Part shown: in pieces, positions 38,580 to 51,256 of the stretch | How the letters are laid out: every line of letters starts with the position of its first letter | Position numbering within the stretch: the stretch's first letter is position 1 | Source: Schmidtea polychroa | Lineage: Eukaryota | DNA: 64,000 nt | Direction: 5' to 3' | Assembly (NCBI GenBank): GCA_044892525.1 | Contig: CM097887.1 | Location: forward strand, 109,842,397 to 109,906,396 | Made by a program: the position numbers and the translations under genes | The notes under the pieces: model-generated | Database searches by the model: none | Told to the model about the DNA's origin: nothing | What the model saw: the letters and a program-made list of their open reading frames with translations, nothing else

Positions 38580-38904
38580 CTCCCTATAAAAATCTCTAGA
38601 TTTTATCTCTATATTTTCTATTAATGCTTTGTAAATGTATGTATTGATACCGCCTTCAATCTTGATATTATTTAATCCGAGAACTTGTTTGATATCGTAG
38701 AATCTGGTTCAACCAAATCCTTTTTATCTTCATCTACAACCTTGATCTGAACAATCAATAAAGTATCGTTCAAATCCAAATATTCAGATATTTCTACTAT
38801 CAGTAATGGAATTCATTGGAAATACTTCTTCAAAGGCCCCAAATTCAATTATTGCATGGGGATAGTCGATCAAATATACACAATTCCAATTTATCGCAAA
38901 TCAT
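38580..38904 (-). pseudogene. Polinton major capsid protein (hexon-like) N-terminal fragment
   Basis: MICDKLELCIFD...IIEFGAFEEVFPMNSITDS...EYLDLNDTLLIVQIKVVD...GGINTYIYKALIEN resembles the Maverick MCP pattern KSELDLF...EYxP...YIDLxxTxLxV...YPYRAYIE. Confidence 0.75.
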
Positions 38905-38981
38905 TGTTCATATACAGTTCCATATCCTTTCATCCGTTTGTTTATATGCGATGACCGGTGTTTCCTACGTCTTGGACCATG

Positions 38982-39275
38982 TTATAGCGATGTGGCTGGT
39001 TTCACGTCCTTTTGAAACATACCCGCAACATTGGGTAAAACTTTCCCTAATTCTGAAAAATCATTTGTTTTCTGAGATAGTAATATCTTTATATCATTCA
39101 TAATCACATCTTTAACAGTTTTCATACCAAAAATTCCTATATGTTTAAGAATCGGGAGTGCAAATCTACCAATTGTTCGAAACCAACTTGAGCCATACTG
39201 CTTACCGACAAAATAAGGTAATTTGCCAACAGATTGGCTACTACTATACATTGAAATAATATCGAAATTAGCCAT
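38982..39275 (-). pseudogene. Polinton small core protein (pX/pVII-like)
   Basis: YFVGKQYGSSWFRTIGRFALPILKHIG fits the QxGxGxGxxFRxxxRxAxPxLK pattern; its ATG overlaps the penton stop (ATGGCTAA); lies between penton and hexon. Confidence 0.6.
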
Positions 39276-40890
39276 CTACTTTACGAAAGTGCAATGTCAA
39301 ATGTGTTTTGAATTTTTTGCGAAATTGATTAATTTACCAGAATCATCGCGTAAATTTATTTCTATATTGTTTATATATGATCTTGAAATCGGTAAATACA
39401 TTGGATCTTCTATTTGGAATTGTACAACTTCACCTTATTCGTGTTTTTCATTCCTTACAGCTTTCATCAGTGGAACCAGAGCATCACCAATAACAACTGA
39501 TTATGGAGTGTTATTACTTTCGATTTTTCAAAAATAAAAAAACAACTTTCAAAATCTCCATATCATCAACAGTATTTGGTAATTGTGTGAAACCCAAACG
39601 TTTTGCATCATTTAATGCATTAAATAAAAGTTGATATGGCTGAATTATACAATAAATGTGAATATGAGTATCTTGAATAAATATTAACACTTGTATTTGA
39701 TGATAATCCAAAATTATATAGAGAGTTTACAATTGCAACTCTGATGTCTTCAATTTTAGATGCAATCTTGGTATATTCAACTACTTCCCACCTGTCGTGT
39801 AAATATATCGGATTTTGAAAATCTACTCTAAAATCGCTTGCTGTATTGTTTGAATGTGTTGAGGATACCTAAATAATAATTCATAAAGAAATAAATAAAA
39901 TTACCTGGGGGAAGATCGCCATGACAAACGGGACGATCTATAGAGACTCAGAAAAGAAAACGAAAGTGAAAAGAAATCAAAAATGAGAAAGAGAAAGGAA
40001 ATAAAAGTTATCAAACAGGAAAATAAAAATCAAGGTCAGTACTAATTAATTAGTACAAAAAGGAAAAGAAATTTTGAAATCAGGAAAAAAGGAAAACAAC
40101 AATATTCTTATCTCGACAGCTTGCGAGTGATAATAGAATTGATGGGAGAAGGCGGCCAAACAAGAAAGGAAAAAGGGAAAAACAACTTGACAGCTGTCAG
40201 AGATAAAAATGGGACAGTCGGGAAAAGCAGGAGATGGAAAGTGGAAAAACACTCGATTATCTGGAGTGCCACAAGAGAAGCGAACTATATAAGGGAAAGC
40301 TGGTGAACATGAAATTAGAACCAAAGGAGGACAAAGGGAGAAACGATTTGAGAGACGATTTGGAAGACGATTTGAGAAACGATTTCAGAGACGATTTGAG
40401 AAATAGAATTATTGAAGAAAATTAGACGTTAGACGAAACTTTGTTGAATAAATGATTGTCAAAATAATTGTAAAGGAAATAATTGTGGAAAATAATTATT
40501 GGAGAAGAGTTGAAGAGAAGAATTAGCTGAATAATAAAACGAAAAGAAGTTATTGATTATTTGAATAAAGTTTGAACGAAAGTCAAAGAAAACAACCAGC
40601 TCAAAATCCCAGTTTAGAAACCAATCAGTGATTGTGATCTTTTAATCCGGTGTTATACGAAAGTGCTATTCCTCACCGAGTGTTGTAATAAGCATTGTAT
40701 AGTCACCAAGTAGAGTGTTGAATTTATTGTCAGTGTCAAGTGAAAATTTATTTGTGATTATCAAGTGTTGTCAAGTGTTATTTGTGAATTATATAAAGTC
40801 ACGCTTGGAGTCAGAGTAACATTAAATTTCATCACCAACTCAATAACACAACAAATGAATAAGTGGACAACGATTGCTGAATAAAATAGT
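39268..40890 (-). pseudogene. Polinton minor capsid (penton) pseudogene split by a solo LTR
   Basis: Removing the LTR restores ILFSNRCPLIHSNNTASDFRVDFQNPIYLHDRWEV; C-terminus VIGDALVPLM...PMYLPISRSYINNIEINLRDDSG...LTLHFRK is typical of Maverick penton. Confidence 0.8.
39857..40853. mobile_element. Gypsy-type solo LTR (copy 2, inverted relative to copy 1)
   Basis: TGTTG...CAACA termini, 4-bp TSD AATG (39853-39856, 40854-40857). Confidence 0.88.
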
Positions 40891-40898
40891 CTAGAAAT

Positions 40899-41460
40899 TT
40901 ACTTGACCAAATCTTTTGCTAACATCCATGTTGGGTTTGGATATTCAACGCACTTGACATAGTATTGTTTTTCCTTGCCTACCTTGATAGTTTTCAAATT
41001 TTCTGGATTCTGAACATTGTAGGTTGTGGGATAACTTGTAATTCATGCTCATAAAATTTCCCGTGTACAACATTATTATCACAGTCTTTAATGACATACA
41101 TAACAGGATACTATTTTACACTAACTTTTGAAATAACAAAAACTTCATCATTCCAATTTGTATCGAAATATTTGATGAATGGTGATGCTCTAATTTCACT
41201 AATTCTAACATGATAACCGACTTTATATTTCGATTTTATAATTTTTTTAACTTTTTAGAAAGAAATGAATAAACTGAACTTTTCGATGAGATATCTACCG
41301 GTTTCAATCCTTTTAGACCTTGCTATGATGAATGATTATAATTTTAGGCAAAACGTGTATCCATATTTTATTACCTTGGTGTACAAAATATTTCTTCAAT
41401 CTATCTCCCAATGTCCGATTAAATCTCTCGAAATTGGCGGTTTGTATTGAGAATGTACTG
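40899..41460 (-). pseudogene. Polinton retroviral-type integrase, C-terminal part with chromodomain
   Basis: VRISRASPFIKYFDTNWNDEVFVISKV...GKFYEHELQVIPQPTMFRIQKI...KQYYVKCVEYPNPTW matches the Maverick integrase pattern VRIS...NWTEE.F...G.FYEEELQ plus chromodomain. Confidence 0.8.
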
Positions 41461-43594
41461 AGTAATGATTTATTTTAAGACGATCCAAGATTTGCTTATC
41501 ATATTAAATCATATTAATTCATTTATTTAAATTAAAAAATAATTAGAAATAAATAATGAAAATTTAAATATAGATGATTTTTTATTTTCTTTATTATTTT
41601 CTTACTAAAAACTTACTATATACATTTTGAGTTGACCGTCCATTAAACTCTACAAAATGACACTTGCAATACACTTCTAATACCTTGGATTATCACAATA
41701 AACATTTGGGTACCCTGATAAAAGCTCTTCAAAATGAGCCATTGGTCGCCAAAATACTTTGTCAGGAATTCTCAATAATTAATTTTAAGTTAGTGAACCC
41801 CTACTTTTAAAGTCTATCTGGCCTACATAATTTTTTATAAAAATTTTCGATTCTTAAATTTGTTGAATTATTCTTTATTTTATTGTCCATTACACACATT
41901 TACGCATACGGTGAGCTTTTCTAGCCCCGATATATTTTTCTTACATGACCTACTTTAGGTTTTACTATTTACAACTAATTCCGAAATTTAGTAACTTTAT
42001 AGTATAAAAAAAATCAATAAATTTATAGTATTACTTGTGTGTAGAAATTTATTGTTCCGAATTTTAATAACTTTATTATAAGATTTGTGAAGGTGAGAGA
42101 AAAATAATTGAACATACCAACACAAAACACATAATGAAAAATGTATGCAAATTTATTATAGCGTTTTTTGTTCCGAAATAAATAACCATTAACATATTGT
42201 TAAAATATAATTATTTTGAAATTATTAAAAAATTATGCAGGAAATACTTTTAATTTAGAATCCAACAGCTCTACCTTGAGCTTCAGAGAAAAAGAAGAAA
42301 GTACATCGTAAAATTTAATTATAAAATAATTTAGAATATAAACTTTCTTTAGATTCACAGATATTTCCTTTTCGCGAAGTTGAAAATCTGACAATGTAAG
42401 ATTTATTCATTAAATTACAAAACATTAAAATATTTCTGTTAGCAATAGGTGTGAAAGGTGCAATTCATCACCAATTAATTATAGGATCATACAAAAAGGA
42501 TACCTACCAAAATGTGCTACAGAAAGAAGATTATAAAAATTTTAAAAACTATTTCATACATGTACACCGCTTCTTTCCTAATTGTATTAAAAAAATAAAT
42601 GTCTTCGGTGATTAGTTTATTTATTTATAGTTAAAAATATATCAAACTTACATTTTATCGAAATAATTCCAAATAAATTCATAAAATGTCATAAAATTCC
42701 TAAAAAAACACCTGAAATTTAATTATCAATATGTTATATTATAAATGCTGACTAACAGTAATATTTAAAAACTTGAATAATAATCGTATAATTATATTAA
42801 ATTAAAATTCCAGTCTTAAAAGTTACTTGAAATTAAAAAAAATTACCTCAAAACCATTTTTAAGAAATTGAATAAATGAAGTTATTAACTTCATTTTTAG
42901 GTAAATGGTTAGTCACCTCAACTAGTGTGTAAACCAACGTGAATTAAATTAAATTACTAATTAATTAAATTGCTAAATTTCGGAATTGGGTGTATTGACA
43001 CTATATAGTGTGTGTATTTTACCTGCTTTGAGTTAGCGATCCCGTGCTTTTAAAGTTGATTTGTCTAACTTGAAAACTGGGAAATTTCGTGAAAAAAATT
43101 GAAAATCGGAAAAAATTAGGGTTGACCTACATAAAAATACGAGGAATTTGAAGGGGAGTGGTATGTAAGTTAGCCGGCCCCTATCCATCTACTAATATCA
43201 TTAACTAAATCTTTATTTTTATAATAAATCCCTATTTTCTGATATTATCTTATATTATTAATTTTTTTAATTTTTTTAATTTGAATAAGATTATTTGTTT
43301 TAATGTTAATTTTTATATTTTATATAATAATTTGTTTTTCATAACATCCACTGAATATTATACAGTATGATCCTCAATCACCTCTATATATTTCGGTCAT
43401 TTTCACATTCATATTATCATTTACATGTTAATTCATTACTATATACAAAATTTGAATAAAAAAATAAAATAAAAAAAGTATTATTTATAAAATATTTGAT
43501 AAAAAAAATGTTGAGCTTCAATATTACACATAGATCATTAAATAAAACATTTTATTACATAACTTACATAAAATTTACATGCTATACTTTAGAG

Positions 43595-44769
43595 CAGGGC
43601 TTCTTAAACTTTTTTCATTCACAACCCCATTTATGACTGTAAACTTTTTTTGTGACCCCTTATAATTTAATATAAAGATATATTAATATAAATTTTTTGT
43701 GAAGATTTATTAAATAGGTAATAATATATGAAAAAATTGACTTTTCAGAGTTTAATTATAAACACAAGGATATGAAATTACAAATTCCACAAAAGTTGCA
43801 AAATTATATTTATTATAATTTCAAAAGTTATATGCCCTATTTTTCATCAAAACTGCATTTTTTTCATAAATACAATTACAAAAACATAAATAAATAAAAA
43901 TGAAAGAAAATTTAGCAAACTATTAGTCGCTGGTATATATTTGAATATTCAAATCCGTCTTATTTCATTCAAAAATATACAAGTCCAGTGGTTAAGAATA
44001 TAAAAAAAGGAAAAATCGTTTTTTAATGAGACGGGTGTGTTTGTTTTTTACTACATAATAATTTCAATCTTGGTGCAATTTTTTACACTGCTGGACGTAA
44101 AATCTCTTCAACATTCTTAAGCGATGAACGATATTGGGATTTAATGTGTTTAGGCTGAAAAAAGAAGTTCACATAAATAGGTGGTGTTGAATGGCAGAAG
44201 AAGACTCATCATATTTTCTTTTTCTCAGATTAGATACCTGTTTGTCAACCCTAAGTCCTGATTTGAGAAACTTTATAGCATTGTCATCCTTTCTTACTTA
44301 TTTTCAGCCATTTATCCATGGTCAAAATTATTTAAATCCTAAATATTAATAAATATATAAAACTAACATTTTTCATCTAATAATTAATTTATTATTGACT
44401 ATCTAAATTATTCTTGCGATTTTACTCTTGTGTTGCTGTTTAAATGAGAAAATGACTAGTGAAATAGCAAAAACACTACAGTAGTTCAAACAATAAAAAT
44501 GCAAAATATCAGTGCCTCCTAAATTCAATGATATGAGACACACTAGACTGTTACGCAACAATGAACATGTAAATAAATTTTAATGTTTCAAACAAGTATT
44601 GTTATATTTTAATGAAATTTAAGTACTGCAAATCGCTAAATAGATCGTTAAAACATTCTACAATTATGCAATTTTATGTATTTGGATATTTTATATAAAA
44701 TTTTCGTGACCCCAATATTTCGCAAGGTGACCCCATTTGGGGTCGCGACCCATAGTTTAAGAAGCCCTG
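43595..44769 (-). mobile_element. SPIN/Buster-type hAT deletion derivative
   Basis: TIRs CAGGGCTTCTTAAACT / AGTTTAAGAAGCCCTG, perfect 8-bp TSD CTTTAGAG; remnant LLPFNTTYLCELLFSA.THIKSQYRS of the transposase C-terminus. Confidence 0.92.
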
Positions 44770-44859
44770 CTTTAGAGCAATATGACTATTAAATAAAATC
44801 CTGTCTTGATAAAGCATTTTCTACATACCGGAAAAATCTACAAACTCTTCACTTAGTAT

Positions 44860-45960
44860 TTCTAAAATTTTAAATTTAAAATCATTTCGGTTGCTCATAA
44901 TATTCTCTTGGCTATTTAACCTGGACTTAAAGTAGCTAAAATATTCCTCTACAGCAGGGATATTCAACTGGCGGCCCGCGGGCCTGATCAGGCCCGCCGA
45001 AATTTGAAAAAGGCCCTTTCAATATCTTGGAATATTACACATATAAAAATATTTTGTGATATCTGCATATCTGCATAGTTTTTAATTGATACGGCCCTCG
45101 ATTGCCGTTATAAGAAAAATTTGGCCCTTCATAATATTTAGTTGAATACCCATGCTCTATAGGATTTAACTGTGGATAATGCCATGTTGATTAAATAAAT
45201 TTATTATATCACTTCTTTTGTGAAATCTACAATTATCAAGGACTAAAACATTATTAGGATGCATTAGGAAGTCTGGTATCAAAAATTCATTTATAAATTC
45301 AATAAATACAATTCCATTAAAAGAACCATCTTTTACTTTAAAGCCAATTATTCCTAATTTTTTGATTGCTACCATGCAAGAAATGTTAGTACCTCTTTTC
45401 GATTTAACAATTTTAAAAGCTTTACAATTCTTGGGAGAGTAGCCATAGTTTCTGCTATGGTGTAGATTTGCATCATTTTCATCTAAATTCCATATGCCTG
45501 TCGGAGATTTATATATTTTTCTGAATTTCGATCTTCATACACCCGAAATAATCCTTTCCAAGTATACTCCATTGTTTTTAAGTCCCTCCATATAGTACTT
45601 TGCGATTTTCTAATCCAAGTTTTCTCAGTTCAATTTAAATTTTGTTGGGAAAAAGAAGAATCTTTCAATAAAAATTTGGATATTTTCGTTTTTGCTATGC
45701 TTTTATTTTTAACAGGTCTTATTGTTTCTTCGATAAAATTTGTTCATTTTTCATACCTTCTGAAATTTTATGGACAATATTGTATGCTGTTTCTAAGGAT
45801 ATATCAGCATCTTCGGCGATATTTTTAATAGAAAATTCTTTTTCTAACCCTTTTCTAATCCTTTTCAATATATCAACTGATATTTGTTGCTTAGGTTTTC
45901 TGGCTTTTCTTTGGCTTTCGTTTGATTTAAATTCTTCTGCGTTTATGTTTTAGTCCATAA
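44860..45960 (-). pseudogene. IS630/Tc1-type DDE transposase pseudogene
   Basis: HTH-like N-terminus (SIKNIAEDADISLETAYNIV), DENDANLHHSRNYGYS, KDGSFNGIVFIEFI...VLVLDNCRFHK, VEEYFSYFKS; interrupted by the 44955 MITE. Confidence 0.75.
44955..45154. mobile_element. hAT MITE
   Basis: TIRs CAGGGATATTCAACT / AGTTGAATACCCATG, TSD CTCTACAG / CTCTATAG (7/8), GGCCCG subterminal motifs. Confidence 0.88.
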
Positions 45961-47467
45961 AATATAGGTATTTTTAATGGATTATGAATTTTAAAAAATA
46001 GTAGAATTAGGATAAATTGATGTTTTATTTAACTTAGTAATGGTATTTTTTTATTTAAATTTTCTATATATTTATGAATAAATCTGTAACTAATATTTAA
46101 AATATTGTATTGCAAAATAAAGATAAATATTTTTAATAAATGTTTTAATAATTTTAAAAAACTTGTTTAAATGAATTATAGAAAATCTTTTAAATTACCC
46201 TCATTTTCTTTCATTGAAAAAGCAATTATCCGAACGAATAATAAAAGTTATTTAATAAATTAAATGGATTTAATTTGGATTAAATTGCAACTTAAAGATT
46301 CTCCTCATTAAATTTTTAACCGTCCTTTAATGTCCCGGGAAAATGTTAATTTTTAATTAGATTTAATTAGATTTTTCTTAAATCCCTTCCATATATTTGC
46401 AAAAAGAAAATTTAATCATTAGAAATAAATTATTTTTAGCATACAATCATTTTAGAATATAAAATTTTTCAATTATAAAATTTATTAAATTATAATATTT
46501 TTTATTAAAATATTTAACAAAAATATATAAAATTAAATTTTAAATAATATTTATATATTTTTGCATATAGGAAAATAGAATTGTCTTCATTAATTTTTAA
46601 TCTGAAAAGAAATTTAGATAAAACGAATTGTTAGAAAACAGATCAAAGGTAAACAAAATCAGGAGAGGGCAACAATATCATTAAATCAAAAGAAGAAAAT
46701 TTTGGGAAAACATACCCACAGAAAAGTGGTGTGCGAACAATTAGTATCAGGTTAACATGCCAAGGAAACTTTGATAGATTTATAAGGTGTGATTTTGACT
46801 GGTATCAAAACTGATAAATAGTGATATACTAACAGATAACCATTACTTTTTGCTCAAAAAACCACGAACCAGAAGGCTTGGCCTAAAATACATGAGATTC
46901 CGGTTAAAAATTAATTTGGAAATTACGCGCAGACTGAGCAAATGAGATAACGAAACACAAGAACCTTTATAAAATTAGTGCCTAAAAGATCAAATGCAGT
47001 TGGAAATAAGAATTATATAGTTCATTATAAAGCGTTTCTGGGCTTAACACGACTTTTAGATCCAATTTTGTTACATTGCTTTTTTGTACTATTTTTGATT
47101 GGTTCATAAATGAGTTTTTATCGGTCATTTTTTGGATCAGTTTATGTGAAATTTTAGTTAATTCAAATGTAGTTATATTTTTTAAAATTTGTGACTTGAA
47201 TTGAGTATGAAAAAATCAATTCAAATTTGCGTAATATCAAATATTTTTAAAATTATTAATTTTATTTTTATATTTTTGAAAATTGTAATTTTTCATTAAT
47301 TCAAATTAAAACAATAAAATCAAGTGTTTGTAAAAATTTGTTAAAATTATTTAATTTACAATTATTTTCCCTTGGAAATAAATCTAACCAATGAAATTAT
47401 TTGAATTTTATATTCCGCATGTGGTATAAATATTCTGACATTAATGAAATATGCAAAATTAACATAA

Positions 47468-48372
47468 TGGTCAACTGTTCTTACGTACGAAAAATTCCAA
47501 TACATTATCCGGATTCAGGCTTTTATATCTTTTATGGGATAATTTCTTTGACTTCTTTGCTTGCCAATACTTTCCTCTCTTATATGTACCATAAACAGGA
47601 AAGGAAAGTGCTTGGGAAACGAACCACTTTCAATCATATCATGAAGTTTCTCAACATAGCGGACATTATGATGGCTTTTGTTTTAATTGCCAATCTTGTG
47701 ATTTTGAACATATCTTATTGGTATGTGTATTCAAGTTTTGTATTGTTTTATAGCGTTCGTAATATTGTAATAGGTTTGGAAGTCGTAATGTTGTTGCTGT
47801 TGGCTCTCGACAGGTTGATAGCATTCACATTGCCGATGACCACGAAATGGATTAACAAAAAAGTTAACATTGTTATAATTATTTATTTTGTTGGAATTAT
47901 ATTTTATGATGTTACTGTCAATATCATTTTCATTTTCATCCCTTTTTGTGAACTTAAACCATTCATCCAAACTATTTATATTATGATTTATGGTGGTGCA
48001 TGTTTATTCTTTTTACTCGTAAATATTTTCATTTATTTTGTTTTGTTTATCATGTTCTATATGCAAACAAGGAAAATGAAAAAGGATAAAATAAATAATA
48101 TAAATCTAGAAAGTGACGCAAAAATCATTAAATTTGGTCGTCATTTATTTGCAATTACCTTTATCTATACTTGTTGTTTCATACCGATCGTTTTATGGAA
48201 TTCAAATGCAGTTTTATATGTTCCGTTTTATGTTTATTACTTCTTTTATTTAAATATTATTATGAATCCCTTTATTTTTATTTTGGGTAACAAATCTATT
48301 AAAGTTTATTTGTGGAGAATGTTTTCGAGAAATAAAATCGAGCCATTTCGTTTTCAGTTCACTAAAAGTTAA
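47468..48372 (+). CDS. Intronless class A GPCR, recent duplicate of 28577-29482 (301 aa from the ATG at 47468)
   Basis: MVNCSY start homologous to the 28577 gene; the ORF track start at 47401 is a TTG upstream; the duplication extends ~600 bp into the 3' flank. Confidence 0.9.
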
Positions 48373-50603
48373 TAATGAGTATTTTGTTTAAATTGATGAA
48401 AAGAATAATAATTTGTGTTTTGTGTTTTAATGATAACAATAGATGAAATTATTTATTTCAAATAGTTATCTCATATATTTGGACATTTTGAAAGCAAAAA
48501 TTAAAATTATGTAAATTATAGTTTTTATTTATCCATGTGAATGAAATTCTTTTTTTATTAATAATAAATATTTCGTCTTGGTCTTTTATTTGCAATAAAT
48601 AATCATTATATATATAATAGAATCAATAATTAATGTTTTATATAATAGATTCAATAAATTATAAAACTAATTTTATTAGATAACAATTTATTAATATTTT
48701 TTTTAAAAAATTATAAAACTAATTTTATTACGTAACATTATATTTAATATATTTTTAAAAGATTTCATTTAAAATATACATTTTTTCATAATTCACATAA
48801 TTTTTCGTAACCCATGCGATATAAAGAGGTTCATCTACATGTTTTAGGACTTGAAGTTTTCAAGGGTATCGAAAACAGGCGAGGGTTAAAGTGAGACATT
48901 TCAATTTCCACTGTTTATAAAGAAACAGTTTGTATTTACATTTTTTAAAAATTATTTTGATTTCTTCAACTGGTATGAGAAAATTGTGTTTTTGTATTTT
49001 ATATTATACAATCAATTAATTAATATTTTATATAATAAATTCAATAAATTATAAAACCAATTTTATTAGATAACAATTTATTAATATTTTTATTTAGAAA
49101 ATTTCATTTAATAATAAAAATAAACAATTTTTTTTCATTGATAAAAATTATAATTAAAAAAAAATTAAAATTAATATAAAATATCAAAGTGTATAAACAA
49201 TATGGGTACATACTTTGATGAATAAAATGTTTTCTTTACATTTGTAAGTTATTGTTGTGTAGTGTTATACTTTTTGTTTTTTATTTATGATTACAGTTTA
49301 TAAATATGTATTGTTACTTTTATTATCGCGTATCTCGTACAAAAATAAAATTAAAAAAAACTATATAGGGATAATTTACTATTGTAAATTATGGCTATAG
49401 AAAAATTGATTTTAAAAAAAACCAATAAAAACTATGAAATAATATTCTAGAAATTGAACTATAAAATCAGAAGAAACATAAAATTAAATAAAGAAAAAAA
49501 TTGAAAAAAAAACTAAAGCCAAAGCGAAGAAAAAATTAAATAAACAAACTATACCGAATCAAAACCAAATTTAGTTAGAATTAAATTACTAAAGTTTGGA
49601 CGATTCCGTTCTGTCGACAATCCTGTATTTAATACAGTGTATTATATTCCGTTCAATTACCAAAACTTAAAATCGAAGGAAAAAGAAGATTTCAAACTAA
49701 ATTCAAGGAAATAAAGATTTCAGTAAATTTGTAGATTCCTTGAAAGTACTATAGAGTCTATAGACCGATTAATCCCAAAATCCATTTCAACCTCTTAAGG
49801 TTTATTTTCAATTTTTATTGTTTCTAATATAATTTTATAAAAATTTGTAAATTGTTTGTTTTAATAAATTAGCATTCACTACACACTAGCACCCCGGTTG
49901 TCCCGTTACATTTTTAAAAATGACTCTACAGGGTTCTAACAAATCTCTCGATACACAATCCCTTAAACAACAATAGAAAAAATATATAAATTTAACAGCT
50001 ATTATAACGATAAGATTTGTAGATCACACAATAATTATCATAAGCAAATCATGAGTCGCATGAGACTCAGAAAAATAAGTCATCATAAACCACATGCTTC
50101 TTGAACAATCACTCTATACAGGGAACTCTGTACATTTCGATCACTCTTAAAATCATTTGAATTTATGTATTACATGATTTTTATAATAATATTTGAACTT
50201 GTCATATAAGGCAAAATTAAATATTTTTTATATTAATATTTAAATTTGTATCATTAGTAAAATGCAAAATGTTTTTATGATAGTATTGAAACTTGTAAAT
50301 TTATGAAAAACAAATTATTTTTTGCGGCTTAAAAAATGCAGTAAATAATTTCATATTTAGTTCGAAAACGGGCGAATTTAAACGTTGGCAAGAACTTATC
50401 TGTAAAATCAAAGATTTTACCAAAAATTAAATTAAGAAATCCAGAAAAACCATCAAACCTAATTAAATACAAATTTTTAATTTCAAAGTAGAATAAAATT
50501 GTAAGTTATTATAAATCACTAATTATTGTCAATCATAAGAAACCGTCAAATTCTTTATCAGATTCATAATTAAAGGCTTCCTGAATATCTTTATACTCTA
50601 ATA

Positions 50604-51256
50604 CAGGAGTGGCCAACCGGCGGCCCGCGGGTCATCAATTGGCGGCCCGCATGCTTTAATATTTTGAAAATATAATAAAAACTTTTTAAAATACGATATA
50701 ATACAAAAAATGTAATAAATGCAACACAAAGAATATATAGTTAATAATTACAATACAAACTATAAAAATTTTTATCAAAAAAACGAAACCTAACCAATAA
50801 ATTAAAAAGGTAAATTGCATAATTTAATAACTGTGTTACTTTTGTTGATCGTCAATTTACGGTGCATATATCATATTGCTTCCAGATAATTAATAATCGT
50901 GCAAACTTTGTTTATTTCATATTTTTCATCTATTTTAACCAATTAGTTTTGTATGCTACATTTTGAAAATTTGCCCGACACATTATGCTTTATAATCAGG
51001 GCTATCAAGTATAAATAGTGCCAGTTTATCCTGTACCTAAGAAGCATAATTTATTTAACATGCACGCAAATGCTTTATTGTTTTATTAGCGGTTGTCTCA
51101 GACCCCACTACGGGCTATTACTGCACTTCTCCTGTTCCTTAGTTGGAATTAGCACAGAAGCATTAGTTAAAAATTTACGCCTTTCAAACCTGCGGCCCGC
51201 CGCATTATTCAAAAATATTGTAATGGCCCTTTTACCAAAAAGGTTGGCCACCCCTG
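50604..51256. mobile_element. hAT non-autonomous element
   Basis: TIRs CAGGAGTGGCCAACC / GGTTGGCCACCCCTG, perfect 8-bp TSD CTCTAATA, GCGGCCCGC subterminal motifs. Confidence 0.92.

Larger units (their letters stand above)
34843..43193 (-). mobile_element. Old Polinton/Maverick (adintovirus-like) element, internally deleted
   Basis: Left terminus AGAAGATGGATAGG (34843), right terminus CCTATCCATCTACT (43193); left TIR 34843-35720 matches in reverse 41610-41830 and 43020-43193; flanks TATATT/AATATC (degenerate 6-bp TSD); integrase, penton, pX, hexon and PolB remnants all on the minus strand. Confidence 0.85.

Noticed and set aside
39857-39925. Apparent spliced penton start (MAIFPQ + 36-nt GT-AG intron + VSSTHSNNT)
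   Set aside because: This sequence lies inside the solo LTR (TGTTG/CAACA ends, 4-bp TSD, second copy at 15634-16695); removing the LTR restores the real penton frame
46660-46900. Possible CENP-B/pogo HTH remnant (ATISLNQKKKIL)
   Set aside because: Similarity is limited to about 12 residues, with no termini found
47401-47467. 22-aa N-terminal extension of the GPCR
   Set aside because: It starts at TTG and overlaps the TATA-like region; the paralog begins at the homologous MVNCSY ATG
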